IMG/VR virus record: IMGVR_UViG_3300045988_050566
Source of the DNA: a virus
DNA: 61,641 bases
Direction: 5' to 3' (one strand)
This document shows positions 42,861 to 51,631 of this stretch, piece by piece. Each line of letters begins with the position of its first letter. The stretch's first letter is position 1. Under the pieces are notes generated by a model. It saw only the letters and a program-made list of their open reading frames with translations. It ran no database searches and was not told where the DNA came from. A program made the translations under genes and the position numbers.

Positions 42861-43379
42861 TCATAGCACGACTTTCTTGTACTTGTACGCCCAAAGATAG
42901 CCCCCGGCGCGTTTCTGCTTCCCTCGGAGGCAGGCGTTGATACAAGATACCTTTATCCCCGTGGCCTGCGCTGCCGCGCTCTGGCCGGGGTATTCCGCCA
43001 AGACCTTGAGTGTCGCCGGGTCGATTTGAACTACCGGGGTCTTGCTGCCGTTCTTGGCCGCCGCCCTCGCCGTCCGGCTGCCGTAGTTCGTGTTCTCCTC
43101 TGCGGTCGCCCACTCAAGGTTGCTTGCGCGGTTGTTCTCCGGGTTTTCGTCTCTGTGGTTTACCTGCGGCTACCCCTCCGGGTTCGGGACGAATGCTGTC
43201 GCCACAATCCTGTGCAGCCGGAAAGACTTCCTCACCCCGTTCCTGTCTACCAAGGAAATCTGCATATATCCGTGCTTTTTCCTCGTCGGTGTGATTATCT
43301 TTACCCGCCTTACTCGTCCAAGATTGCTGACCTCCTAAAGCCCCTCATAGCCCAAAATGGGCCGCCAACTTTCCCGCAT
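42861..43379 (-). pseudogene. HNH homing endonuclease (NUMOD4 + HNH + C-terminal HTH-like module) interrupted by two in-frame TAG codons
   Basis: Own translation: MRESWRPILGYEGL*EVSNLGRVRRVKIITPTRKKHGYMQISLVDRNGVRKSFRLHRIVATAFVPNPEG*PQVNHRDENPENNRASNLEWATAEENTNYG...GIKVSCINACLRGKQKRAGGYLWAYKYKK. TAGs at 43335-43337 and 43170-43172. GGGAGGG RBS 6 nt before the ATG at 43379. Confidence 0.8.
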
Positions 43380-43404
43380 AGCACGCCCTCCCGATGGTAT
43401 TCAC

Positions 43405-43432
43405 ATTATACCCCCCCCCCGTCCAAAATCAA
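43405..43432 (-). promoter_or_regulatory. promoter TTGATT-16-TATAAT whose spacer contains a G10 homopolymer
   Basis: Minus strand reads TTGATTttggacGGGGGGGGGGTATAAT (C10 on + strand at 43411-43420), 26 nt upstream of the HNH start codon. Confidence 0.6.
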
Positions 43433-43473
43433 TAGTTTTCGGAAAATGCCCCGATAATCGGCATTTCTCAAAA

Positions 43474-44114
43474 TTACCTCTTGAAATTGACGGTATCGCG
43501 CCTTACGGGTTTCCTGTCCTCCTCAAGCTCCGAGGCAATATAGAGTAGCTGTATCTCCCTCGGCATCTTGTAGAACTCCTCCATGCGGAGGCCGTGCCGC
43601 TGCCAGAGTACGCTCGCCCAGTAGCCGTCAGAGCCGGGAGTGCTTACGAGTTTTTTGCCGCTTCCAGCTCCTCGTCGTCATTGACCGCGCTCGCCAGCCC
43701 GAGGGCCTGCATTACCATGCGGGAAACGTGCTGGTATTCGTCCGGCTTCGGGAATACCTTGAGCGGCATATCCGTCACGTCCACGCAATGGTAGTAGTCC
43801 ATCAGCTCCTTGTCCTTGAGGTTCGGGAACTGCAACGCCTCCACAATCAGGTGGCGGCTGGCTCTCGCGCTGTCCTTTTCGGTTTTCCAAACCACCTCGC
43901 CCATCGCAATCAGGGGGTTGCCCTTTTTGTCGGTCGCCATGCTGCGCTTGCGGTAGGCTTCGTTGATGCGGTTGATTTCCTCCTGCGAAAGCACCTTGAT
44001 TTCCAGCGGGATTACCTCGCCGTTCTCGTCTCTGATGCTGTCGAGGCCGGGGGCGGTGACAATCTCCGGCTCCATGCTGCGCATAAAATACTTGAGGTTC
44101 TTCTTGTCTGCCAT
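43474..44114 (-). CDS. tail assembly chaperone, -1 frameshift-extended product (about 213 aa)
   Basis: After the slip at A_AAA_AAC, the -1 frame reads KLVSTPGSDGYWASVLWQRHGLRMEEFYKMPREIQLLYIASELEEDRKPVRRDTVNFKR, then TAA at 43474-43476. Confidence 0.6.
43644..44114 (-). CDS. tail assembly chaperone, XkdN-like (156 aa, zero-frame product)
   Basis: Position between the tube gene and the tape-measure region. ORF ends ...ELEAAKNS with a slippery heptamer at the last codons. Confidence 0.75.
   Translation of the reverse strand: MADKKNLKYFMRSMEPEIVTAPGLDSIRDENGEVIPLEIKVLSQEEINRINEAYRKRSMATDKKGNPLIAMGEVVWKTEKDSARASRHLIVEALQFPNLKDKELMDYYHCVDVTDMPLKVFPKPDEYQHVSRMVMQALGLASAVNDDEELEAAKNS
43650..43656 (-). 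promoter_or_regulatory. slippery heptamer A_AAA_AAC for programmed -1 frameshifting
   Basis: Minus strand GCG GCA AAA AAC TCG TAA. XXXYYYZ pattern 3 nt before the zero-frame stop, with a protein-like -1 frame after it. Confidence 0.6.
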
Positions 44115-44174
44115 GTCGTTCTCTCCTTTTTGAGATAGTAAGTATCGGCCCCTCCGGGTGGAGGGGCCTCGCGG

Positions 44175-44603
44175 TTACAGAATGTCTTTCGCGTTGAACG
44201 AGATCGCGTCCTCCACGACCTCGCCGCCGCTGTCGAGCATGGTGAGCGGCAAATCGCCCGTCAGGACGCAGCCTACGCAGGTGACGGTGTTCGTGCCGTA
44301 CTGCTTGTAGTAGTCGCTGTTCTTGTCCTCCATGATGCCCTGAATCGTCATTTCCGGGGTCTCATGGCTCTCCTTGTACTCGGCAATCTTCTCCTCCAAC
44401 CACTTGGAGGAGCGTCTGCGGGTGATGGTGCCCGTGATGGCGTAGCCCAGCCATCGGCTGCTCGGGGTCAGCTCCCCGAGCTGCCGCCCCGTCCACACGT
44501 CCGGCGTGAACTTGATTTCGCACTTGATGCTGTCCGCAATCTCTACGCCGTCGAGGTAAACATGGCCCTCTCGCAGGGAAATCGGTGCGTGATTGTATTC
44601 CAT
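44175..44603 (-). CDS. tail tube protein (XkdM-like, 142 aa)
   Basis: Size and position immediately after the sheath gene. Confidence 0.75.
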   Translation of the reverse strand: MEYNHAPISLREGHVYLDGVEIADSIKCEIKFTPDVWTGRQLGELTPSSRWLGYAITGTITRRRSSKWLEEKIAEYKESHETPEMTIQGIMEDKNSDYYKQYGTNTVTCVGCVLTGDLPLTMLDSGGEVVEDAISFNAKDIL

Positions 44604-44624
44604 GCCTTATTGCCCTCCTCTCTC

Positions 44625-46394
44625 TTATCTCGTCTTGACGGTGAAATACAGCTTTTCTGCGCTGTCCACCGCCTGCAATCCCACGTTGAAGTAGGTCTCG
44701 TCGTCCACACTGGCCTCCCGGTCTACGAGGAAATCCTCGTCGTAGGAGACGTTGGTAATGGCTCCGCTGTCGTCGAACTGCCGCAGGATGGTCTTGCCGA
44801 TGCCCTCCATGATGTCCCAGCCCCGGCTATCGTTGTCGTACTTGTTGGGCGGGAAGTTGAGCTGCACGGCCTCTTGGAAAGTGTCGTACACGCGGATTAC
44901 GCGGTTCTTGCGGTAGCTGCGGTCTTTCTTGTCCGCGTAGGTGACGAGGCTGTTGATGTCGTACTCGACCACCACCTCGTCGTTCTCGTTGACAGAGAAA
45001 AAGAACTCGCCCGCATTGATGGCCGCGATAGCCTCCTCGTTGCTCTTGGGGCCGACCACAGCGGTCGCGCCTGCGTACTGGTTGTAGGTCAGGCTCTCGG
45101 TGTTGGAGGCCCCTGCGGTCGCGCCTGCGACCCACGCGCAAGCCTCCTCCACGGTGAGGTCGTCGCCGTCCAGCGATACGCTGTTGGTGACGTTGATAAC
45201 GCCCTCGTAGTCCATGCCCGGCGCGTTCGGCATGACTACCTGCACGCCCTTACCCATGCTGTCACGCATATACTTGATTTTGGTGAGGGCCGCCTGCTTG
45301 ACGTTCTTGGCCTCCTCTCCGTCGAACGGGAAGCACACAGTATTGAACTTCACGCTCTCCCAAGCGTCGATGAAGTCCGTAATATCCATGTTGGTGGCCG
45401 CCTCGTCGCTGCCGCCCGCGAGGGTTGTTCCTGCGGCCTCCCCGAGGCTGCCCGTGCCGCTGAACGTGATATACGGGTTGTCGAGCGCAATCAGCTCCTC
45501 CACGGTTTTCAGACCCTCATACTCCGTGACCTTGCCGCCGTCGAGGTGGATAAGCACGTCGTACCCGCCCAGCGGGTTCGCGTCCACGGTAACGGTCAGC
45601 AGATTGCCCCGGCTGCCGCCGTACTTGGCGACGGCGGTGAGGGTGTTGGTGTTGCCGCCCGCTCTGGTGGCGGCTGCGCTCTCCGGGTAGGCTACGCACG
45701 CGGTGTAGACCTCCTCCGCGCCGTCCTTGCTGACCGTCACGCTGAACTCCACGTCAGCTCCGCCTTGCTCGAGGGCGGCCAGCTTCTTGTAGGTCTCGGT
45801 CGTCAGGAAGTCCGCCGCGCCCGTGATGTTCACGCCGTCGATAGTGACGGTGTAGCCCTGCCCCAGCAGCGCGGTCACGGTGTCGAACAGTCCCGTATTC
45901 TTGACCTCGCTCACCGGGCCGGTCAGCGTCATGGTGAGCTTGCGGCTGCCGTCGTCGAAGTTCAGCGCGCAGCCCGTCAGGTTCTCTTTCGCACCCATGT
46001 TCTCCGCGATAGCCTCGCTTACTGCGGTGGAAATCTCGGTGGCCTCCTGCTCGGGCAGAGCCATCTCGATCTCCGCCGTGGCCTTTTCGCCCTCCGTCAG
46101 GATATAGGCGTAGACCGTCGTGGCCCGCTTGAACGCCTCCCGAATGAGGAGCATCTGGCGGTTGGGGTCGTCGTCGTAAATGCTGTACCCGAAAGTAGCC
46201 GCCTCTGCGTCGGGGCTGGCGTTCGTCAGCTTAATGAACTTCTTGGCCGGGCCGTAGCTTGCCTTGGGGAGGGGGATAATCACGGTGCCCCGCGTGCCCG
46301 CGCTGATTACCGCCTGCTCTCTCCCGCTCTCGAAGTTGATATACGTACCCGGTCTCGTCTTGCCTACCAGTTTGTCGAATCTGCCTCCGGCCAT
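44625..46394 (-). CDS. contractile tail sheath protein (589 aa)
   Basis: N-terminus MAGGRFDKLVGKTRPGTYINFES is typical of sheath proteins. Size and position. Confidence 0.85.
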   Translation of the reverse strand: MAGGRFDKLVGKTRPGTYINFESGREQAVISAGTRGTVIIPLPKASYGPAKKFIKLTNASPDAEAATFGYSIYDDDPNRQMLLIREAFKRATTVYAYILTEGEKATAEIEMALPEQEATEISTAVSEAIAENMGAKENLTGCALNFDDGSRKLTMTLTGPVSEVKNTGLFDTVTALLGQGYTVTIDGVNITGAADFLTTETYKKLAALEQGGADVEFSVTVSKDGAEEVYTACVAYPESAAATRAGGNTNTLTAVAKYGGSRGNLLTVTVDANPLGGYDVLIHLDGGKVTEYEGLKTVEELIALDNPYITFSGTGSLGEAAGTTLAGGSDEAATNMDITDFIDAWESVKFNTVCFPFDGEEAKNVKQAALTKIKYMRDSMGKGVQVVMPNAPGMDYEGVINVTNSVSLDGDDLTVEEACAWVAGATAGASNTESLTYNQYAGATAVVGPKSNEEAIAAINAGEFFFSVNENDEVVVEYDINSLVTYADKKDRSYRKNRVIRVYDTFQEAVQLNFPPNKYDNDSRGWDIMEGIGKTILRQFDDSGAITNVSYDEDFLVDREASVDDETYFNVGLQAVDSAEKLYFTVKTR

Positions 46395-46395
46395 C

Positions 46396-46614
46396 TCACT
46401 TCACCTCTCTTTTCTTCCACGCCTCAATGTGCGCCCTCATTTCCTCGACGGTGTACTTGCCCGTCATTCCATAGGTCGCCCCGGCGAACGTACTCGTCGA
46501 TACTCCAAAGAGCTGACGGCAATTCTCCTGCAACTTCCCGACGGCATATTTCGGCGCGGCCCCGGTCTTTACCGTCGCCTGCCCGCCAGTGGCCGCCTTG
46601 CGTCTTGCTGCCAT
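46396..46614 (-). CDS. hypothetical protein (72 aa)
   Basis: ORF track; ends 2 nt before the sheath start. Confidence 0.55.
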   Translation of the reverse strand: MAARRKAATGGQATVKTGAAPKYAVGKLQENCRQLFGVSTSTFAGATYGMTGKYTVEEMRAHIEAWKKREVK

Positions 46615-46648
46615 ATCATAATCCTCCTTACTCCGGCTGGCCGCCGGA

Positions 46649-47167
46649 CTAGTTTACTGGGACAGCGTACTTCTCCAACGCCTCCGCGTATGCGTCCGAG
46701 ATGGTTTTCCCCGACTTCATAAACACGTCCACGTTGAACGAGTGCGCCCGCTCCCTGTCTGCTGTGGTGTCGCTGTAGGGCCTGCGGCTCCGCCAGCTTA
46801 TTGTGAGCTGCGCGGCCCCGTCGTCCAGCACCTTGAGCTGCGGGTCGTTTATCCTTACCCAGCTCCCCGCAACCTCGCTGCCGTCCTCCGCAATCAGCGG
46901 TACGAGGTTCCGCGCTGCCCGAATCGCCGTCATGACCGCGTGGCCGAGGCTGTACGCTCCCTGCCCTGTCTTGTGGAAAAGTTTGATAAACCAAACGTAA
47001 TCCATGTAGTAGGTAAGGAACGTCTCTCCGCCCGTGTCAATCTCCGGCGTAGGGAAGTAGGCCGCCGGAACAGTGAAGTTCTGCGGCACATTCCAGTAGT
47101 ACGGGGCCGGGCCTCCGGCCTTGTCCAGCACATATTTGATGATGCTCGCCATCTCCTGCTCAAGCAC
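46649..47167 (-). CDS. neck/tail-completion protein (172 aa), function inferred from position only
   Basis: ORF track; lies between the head-tail joining genes and the sheath. Confidence 0.55.
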   Translation of the reverse strand: MLEQEMASIIKYVLDKAGGPAPYYWNVPQNFTVPAAYFPTPEIDTGGETFLTYYMDYVWFIKLFHKTGQGAYSLGHAVMTAIRAARNLVPLIAEDGSEVAGSWVRINDPQLKVLDDGAAQLTISWRSRRPYSDTTADRERAHSFNVDVFMKSGKTISDAYAEALEKYAVPVN

Positions 47168-47182
47168 CTGTTTCCACCTCCC

Positions 47183-47701
47183 TTATCCGCCGCCGAAATA
47201 GCTGTCCAGCCATTCTTGCAGCTTTGCTTCCAGCAGCTCCGGGTAAATCCTGTCGAGTATGCGCAGCGCGCTCTCCCAGTAGTGCTTGCCCTCTACCCAG
47301 TGCTGCTTCAACAACATTCCCGTCTCTGCCGACGGGTCGTAAACGAAGCGGTCGCCCTCCCAATACCCCGGCACCCAGCGTCGCGCCACGCCCTTGGTAT
47401 TCGTCCAGTGCCCGTCATTCACATAGCTCGCGTAGTCCACGTTCGTCCCGACTTCCAGCGTCAGCCCGCCGTCAGTCAGCTCCCATACGTTGCCCTCCGC
47501 TCCTTTCTCGAAGCTGGCGAGGAGCTGCCTGCTGTCCAGCACTTGCCTCCTCACGATCTCGTCCTGCAAAATCCGCAGGAACTCGTTCCCCAGCCCCTCC
47601 AAGAACAGCTCAAACTCCTTGCGGAAATCCCCCTTGGCTGCCCGCTCCACGCTTCCAAAGAACGCCCGGAAATCGGACATATCTATCTCCACGTAGCTCA
47701 T
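47183..47701 (-). CDS. HK97 gp10-like head-tail joining protein (172 aa)
   Basis: Position; N-terminal pattern IDMSDFRAFFGSVERAAKGDFRKEFELFLEGLG. Confidence 0.5.
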   Translation of the reverse strand: MSYVEIDMSDFRAFFGSVERAAKGDFRKEFELFLEGLGNEFLRILQDEIVRRQVLDSRQLLASFEKGAEGNVWELTDGGLTLEVGTNVDYASYVNDGHWTNTKGVARRWVPGYWEGDRFVYDPSAETGMLLKQHWVEGKHYWESALRILDRIYPELLEAKLQEWLDSYFGGG

Positions 47702-48063
47702 AGGTGCCTCTCCTCGTCAATCTTCTTGATATAGACGAACAGGTGGTGGTTCCGCACGTTGATGGGCTGCTCCGCCGTGTACTCGTGCCCGGTCGCGCAG
47801 TCCACGATTTTGTCGTTGAGCCGCACGTCGGTTCCGATGGGGAGCGTGAGCTTGATTTTCGCGTCCATCAGGTTCGCCGGGGCCGTCTGCGTCACTGTGA
47901 TGCTCGCTGACCGCACCCCGAAATGGCAGCTCTGCCCGCTGATGTCCGGCTCCTCCGGGTAGGAGAACGAGGGGGAGGCCGGGAGGTTGTACCCCGGCGA
48001 CTTCTCCCCCTCGACAACGTGGTAGATGTCGCACGTGTGGTTGAGTAGGTTCTCCAAGCTCAT
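47698..48063 (-). CDS. head closure / head-tail adaptor protein (121 aa)
   Basis: Size and position; ATGA-type coupling to the next gene. Confidence 0.5.
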   Translation of the reverse strand: MSLENLLNHTCDIYHVVEGEKSPGYNLPASPSFSYPEEPDISGQSCHFGVRSASITVTQTAPANLMDAKIKLTLPIGTDVRLNDKIVDCATGHEYTAEQPINVRNHHLFVYIKKIDEERHL

Positions 48064-48076
48064 GCCCGCACCTCCC

Positions 48077-48469
48077 TCAAAGCCGCCTCATGCGCAGCGT
48101 TATGCCCTTGCGCGGCTCCGCCACAACAAAGTCGTCCAGCAGGGCCGCGAGGTCTAAACCGTCCAAGCTGATTTGGCTCGTCTCGGAGGTGTAGCTGTAG
48201 TCGTCGAACGTCTCGGATTTTATTTCTTTCGCGGCGAGGACGGCGTTGTGGGCGTATGCCTCCGCCAGTATCAATACCGCCGTCTTAATGCTCGGTGGTA
48301 TCTCCTTGTAGCTCTCAAAGGTGTTGTGCGTGTATGTGATTACATACTGCTCCGCCCTTGCGATGTCCACCGCGAGCCGCGTGTCGCTGCGCTTCTGCAC
48401 CGACGGTATCTCGGAATAGTCCCTAACCTCTTGCGGTGTTACCCACGGTCTTTCCGCCATCGCGCCCAC
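48077..48469 (-). CDS. gp6-like head-tail connector protein (130 aa)
   Basis: WVTPQEVRDYSEIPS...LAVDIARAEQYVITYTHNTF pattern. Confidence 0.6.
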   Translation of the reverse strand: MGAMAERPWVTPQEVRDYSEIPSVQKRSDTRLAVDIARAEQYVITYTHNTFESYKEIPPSIKTAVLILAEAYAHNAVLAAKEIKSETFDDYSYTSETSQISLDGLDLAALLDDFVVAEPRKGITLRMRRL

Positions 48470-48474
48470 CGCCT

Positions 48475-48852
48475 TTACACTTCAAGGCGTACCGCTTTAA
48501 CGAAAATATCCGCGCTGCCCTCGCCCGTCTCCTCTGCGGACAGCTTGGCCGTCAGGGTCACGTCCTTGTCGCCCACGGCGGCGTATGCGCCGTCCTTGGT
48601 GGTGAAGCCCACGGCGTTCAGCTCGACGGCATCGAGGTACTTCACCGCCTCCTCCTGATCGCCGGACACGTCCAGCGTCGCGCTTGCGAACGCGGTCTTG
48701 ACATCAATGCCAAAGCCCACAATGCGGAAGCCCGCCGGGAGCTTGACGGGGAGCTGCGTGCCCTCCGCTGCGTCGGTGTCCTTGTTCACGGTTCCGAGGT
48801 AGAACGTCTGCTCAATGCCGCAAACGCCTCTATCGAAAATTGCTACTTTCAT
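48475..48852 (-). CDS. hypothetical head-associated protein (125 aa)
   Basis: ORF track; lies 391 nt downstream (3') of the major capsid gene in minus-strand order, with 48868..49227 in between. Confidence 0.55.
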   Translation of the reverse strand: MKVAIFDRGVCGIEQTFYLGTVNKDTDAAEGTQLPVKLPAGFRIVGFGIDVKTAFASATLDVSGDQEEAVKYLDAVELNAVGFTTKDGAYAAVGDKDVTLTAKLSAEETGEGSADIFVKAVRLEV

Positions 48853-48867
48853 CTGCTTTGCCCTCCT

Positions 48868-49227
48868 TTAGCTTTCCTGCAGGTCAATCATCGTGGGGCT
48901 GCCGTTGGAGTAGTCTCCCTCCGCCCACAAGATTGCGTCCACAAAATCGGCTTTCTTAAAGCCCTTGGTTTCGACCACCCCGACCTCCGGGGCAATCTCC
49001 TTTAGCTGCTCGAGCGTCATGTCCTCAAGCTGCTCCCGCGTGTACGGCTCCCTCTCGGGTTCCGGCTCCATCGGCTCCGGCTCGCCCGTCACCATGCGGA
49101 AATAGCCCGAGGCCACCGCCGCCTGTGCGATGGCCTCGTCCTCCACGAACACGTCCGGGTGTTCCTTTGTGGCCTTGACCGGGCCGTAGTAGGAGAGGGC
49201 CTTTACCAGTTTCAAATGGTAGCTCAT
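48868..49227 (-). CDS. hypothetical head-associated protein with C-terminal HeH/Rho-N-like motif (119 aa)
   Basis: MTLEQLKEIAPEVGVVETKGFKKADFVDAIL. Confidence 0.55.
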   Translation of the reverse strand: MSYHLKLVKALSYYGPVKATKEHPDVFVEDEAIAQAAVASGYFRMVTGEPEPMEPEPEREPYTREQLEDMTLEQLKEIAPEVGVVETKGFKKADFVDAILWAEGDYSNGSPTMIDLQES

Positions 49228-49242
49228 GGCCGTCCTCCTCTC

Positions 49243-50160
49243 TTACTTCAAGCCCTTGATGATGGCGGTCGCGTCCAACTCCTCGATGATGGGGTCGTAG
49301 TCGAGGTGGATAACGTAGAAACGCTTATCCTGCATGATGGCTTCCTTGCCCTCTGTGGTCTTGCGAATCTGCACGCTGTAGGTGTTCACCACAATCAGGT
49401 TCCGGGGGTCGGTCAGCAGGATAGTGCCGTCGTCGAGGGACGGGCACTCCACGGCCTGAATGCGGGCCGGGGCGGTGTAAATGCTGTCGGGCACCGCGCC
49501 GCCTGCGCCGATAACCTTGTTCAGCAGGAACAACTCCCACTCCTGCGCCCGGCGGGGAGACATCAGCCAGCGCAGCCGACCGTTGTTGTACTTGTTCGGA
49601 ATCTGCGCCAGAGCCTTGTAGAACAGGTCGAGGCTCATTTCGCCCTCGCTGGAAGCGTCGTAGACGTGGCCGCCGTTGGAAATCTGCTTAATCCAGCCGT
49701 CATTGATTTTCAGGAAATCGTAGTCGGCGGTTCCCTCTGCCACGTCCTCGTCGCCGTTGAGGTACAAGTCCTCCATGTCTACGCCGAGCTGGGTAGTCAT
49801 AAGGTTGGTGACGATGTTCTCGAAGTTCTGGCCCTCGATGTTCTCGCGCAGGGTCTCCTCGGTGATTTCCCAAGGCAGGCGTACAGCGGTGGTGCTGTAC
49901 TCGATCTGGCTGGTTTTCACGCCAGCGCGGTAGTTGTCGTCCGTGTTCTCGGTCTTTTTGCGGACGATGCGGCGGTCAATGCCAATCTTGTCGATTTCAC
50001 CAGTCTTGGCGGTGCGCATCTCATGGCGCACGAGGCCGCCAAGGTTGGTGGCCTCAAAGGTCTGCTGGATGAATCGCCGGGCCTGTTCCGGGTTCAGCAG
50101 GCCAGAGGACAGGCTGCCCGTCTCAATGGCCGCTTTGCGAATGATGGTGCTGTTATCCAT
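49243..50160 (-). CDS. major capsid protein (305 aa)
   Basis: Position after the protease/scaffold gene; size. No motif-level proof. Confidence 0.75.
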   Translation of the reverse strand: MDNSTIIRKAAIETGSLSSGLLNPEQARRFIQQTFEATNLGGLVRHEMRTAKTGEIDKIGIDRRIVRKKTENTDDNYRAGVKTSQIEYSTTAVRLPWEITEETLRENIEGQNFENIVTNLMTTQLGVDMEDLYLNGDEDVAEGTADYDFLKINDGWIKQISNGGHVYDASSEGEMSLDLFYKALAQIPNKYNNGRLRWLMSPRRAQEWELFLLNKVIGAGGAVPDSIYTAPARIQAVECPSLDDGTILLTDPRNLIVVNTYSVQIRKTTEGKEAIMQDKRFYVIHLDYDPIIEELDATAIIKGLK

Positions 50161-50186
50161 TGTCTGTTTTCCTCCTTGTTATTGGA

Positions 50187-51572
50187 TTAGAGAATGCCGT
50201 GCAGATAGTGCTGCTCGCCTGCGGCCTTTTCCACACCGCCGCCGAGGTTGCTGGGGAGGCCCCTGCTTTTCAGCACCGGGTCAACCGCCTTTGCTACCGC
50301 TGCGGTAATCATCTCCTGCACCTGCTCTGCGGTAACTGCCTCGTGCTGCGGCTCAAGGGCCTTTTCGACCGCCGCCTCGACCATAGCGTTGATGGTCTCG
50401 GGGGTAATCTCGTCAGCCTTGGAGACGCAGCCGCCTTTCTTCTTGGCCTCGGTCACGGTCTCCTTTTTCTTGGCCTCCTCCTCGGTTTCTTCCTCCTCGG
50501 GGGTCTTGGCTGCGGTGTTGGTGGCCTTGGCGAAAGCCGCCTCTACAGCCTTTTCCACAATCCCCTCAACTTCCTGTTTAGTCACTTGCTTTTCCTCCTT
50601 GTCTGCTTTCTTGGTGTCCTCCGGGTCGTTCTCGCCCTCGCCGTCCTCCGGCTCCGGGTCGTCGAACTCCTTGAGGAACGCGCCCAAGCTCTCGTAGATG
50701 CCTTTCAGCGTCTCGCGGTTCTTGCCACTCATTTTCTTCCCGGCCTTTTCTACGGGCTGCCCGGTCTGAATGGTCTCGGTAATGCTCTCTCCGCCAGTGA
50801 GAATACTGGTGATAATCTGGCTGAACTCCTCAAGGCACTCCCGCACCTTGTTCTCGTCGGTCTCGTACAGGTATCGGCCCGTGATGGGGTCGTATTTATA
50901 TAAAATCTCCTCAAGGGAGTTAAAAGCGTTCCAAAAGAGCGTGCCCTTGCTGCGCTCCTCGTAAAGCTCCGCCATAGCCCCCTTTTCCACCACGGTCAGC
51001 CCCAACATTTTCCCCAACTGTTTCAGCAGCCCTTTCTTCTCGCTGGTTTCCTGTTTGCTCACGTTCTCCAATTCAACGTCCTCCTCGCTGTAATTTCCGA
51101 GGCCGCCCATCGAGAGGCCTGTGATCTCGCCTTTCTCAATGCCCTCCCACACGCTCTCGTCTGCGACCTCTACGGTCATAAGCCATGTCCCTTTCTTGAT
51201 GGTCTCGCCGTCGATGTCGAAATCTGCCTTGGCAATCCAGCTCTCCACGACGCTCGCGCCGTCCAGCGGCTCGAAGCTGTGCTGCAGGTCTACCTTGTTG
51301 CCGTTCTTGGCAAACCAGTAGGCCGCCTTGGTGATTTCCGCCTCGGTCATAAAATTGCCGTGGCTGTCCTCCGCCATCGGCTCGTAGACAATGCCCGTAA
51401 CGTAGTGGGTCTCCGCGTCCGCCTTGACAATCCTGCCATAGGTGGTGAACGCGGCCCTGCCTCCGTCCTCTTTCTTGATAAGGAACTGCCGCTTGTTGGC
51501 GGCCTTGTCCACGAGGCTGACGAATTGGATTTTCGCGTCCGTAATCTCGTAGGCTTTTTTCAAGCCTTTCAT
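50187..51572 (-). CDS. prohead protease (XkdF-like N-terminus) fused to an acidic scaffold-like C-terminus (461 aa)
   Basis: N-terminus ITDAKIQFVSLVDKAANKRQFLIKK is the XkdF-family signature as I remember it. The C-terminal half is Glu/Lys-rich and helical. Confidence 0.7.
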   Translation of the reverse strand: MKGLKKAYEITDAKIQFVSLVDKAANKRQFLIKKEDGGRAAFTTYGRIVKADAETHYVTGIVYEPMAEDSHGNFMTEAEITKAAYWFAKNGNKVDLQHSFEPLDGASVVESWIAKADFDIDGETIKKGTWLMTVEVADESVWEGIEKGEITGLSMGGLGNYSEEDVELENVSKQETSEKKGLLKQLGKMLGLTVVEKGAMAELYEERSKGTLFWNAFNSLEEILYKYDPITGRYLYETDENKVRECLEEFSQIITSILTGGESITETIQTGQPVEKAGKKMSGKNRETLKGIYESLGAFLKEFDDPEPEDGEGENDPEDTKKADKEEKQVTKQEVEGIVEKAVEAAFAKATNTAAKTPEEEETEEEAKKKETVTEAKKKGGCVSKADEITPETINAMVEAAVEKALEPQHEAVTAEQVQEMITAAVAKAVDPVLKSRGLPSNLGGGVEKAAGEQHYLHGIL

Positions 51573-51602
51573 GCCCTCTCACCTCCTTTCACCGATTATC
51601 GG

Positions 51603-51631
51603 AAAATATAAAAAGCAGCGTCGCCGCTGCT
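51603..51631 (-). terminator. rho-independent terminator between the head-morphogenesis and protease genes
   Basis: Minus strand: AGCAGCG-gcga-CGCTGCT followed by TTTTTATATTTT. Preceded by three further hairpins (51640-51740). Confidence 0.65.
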
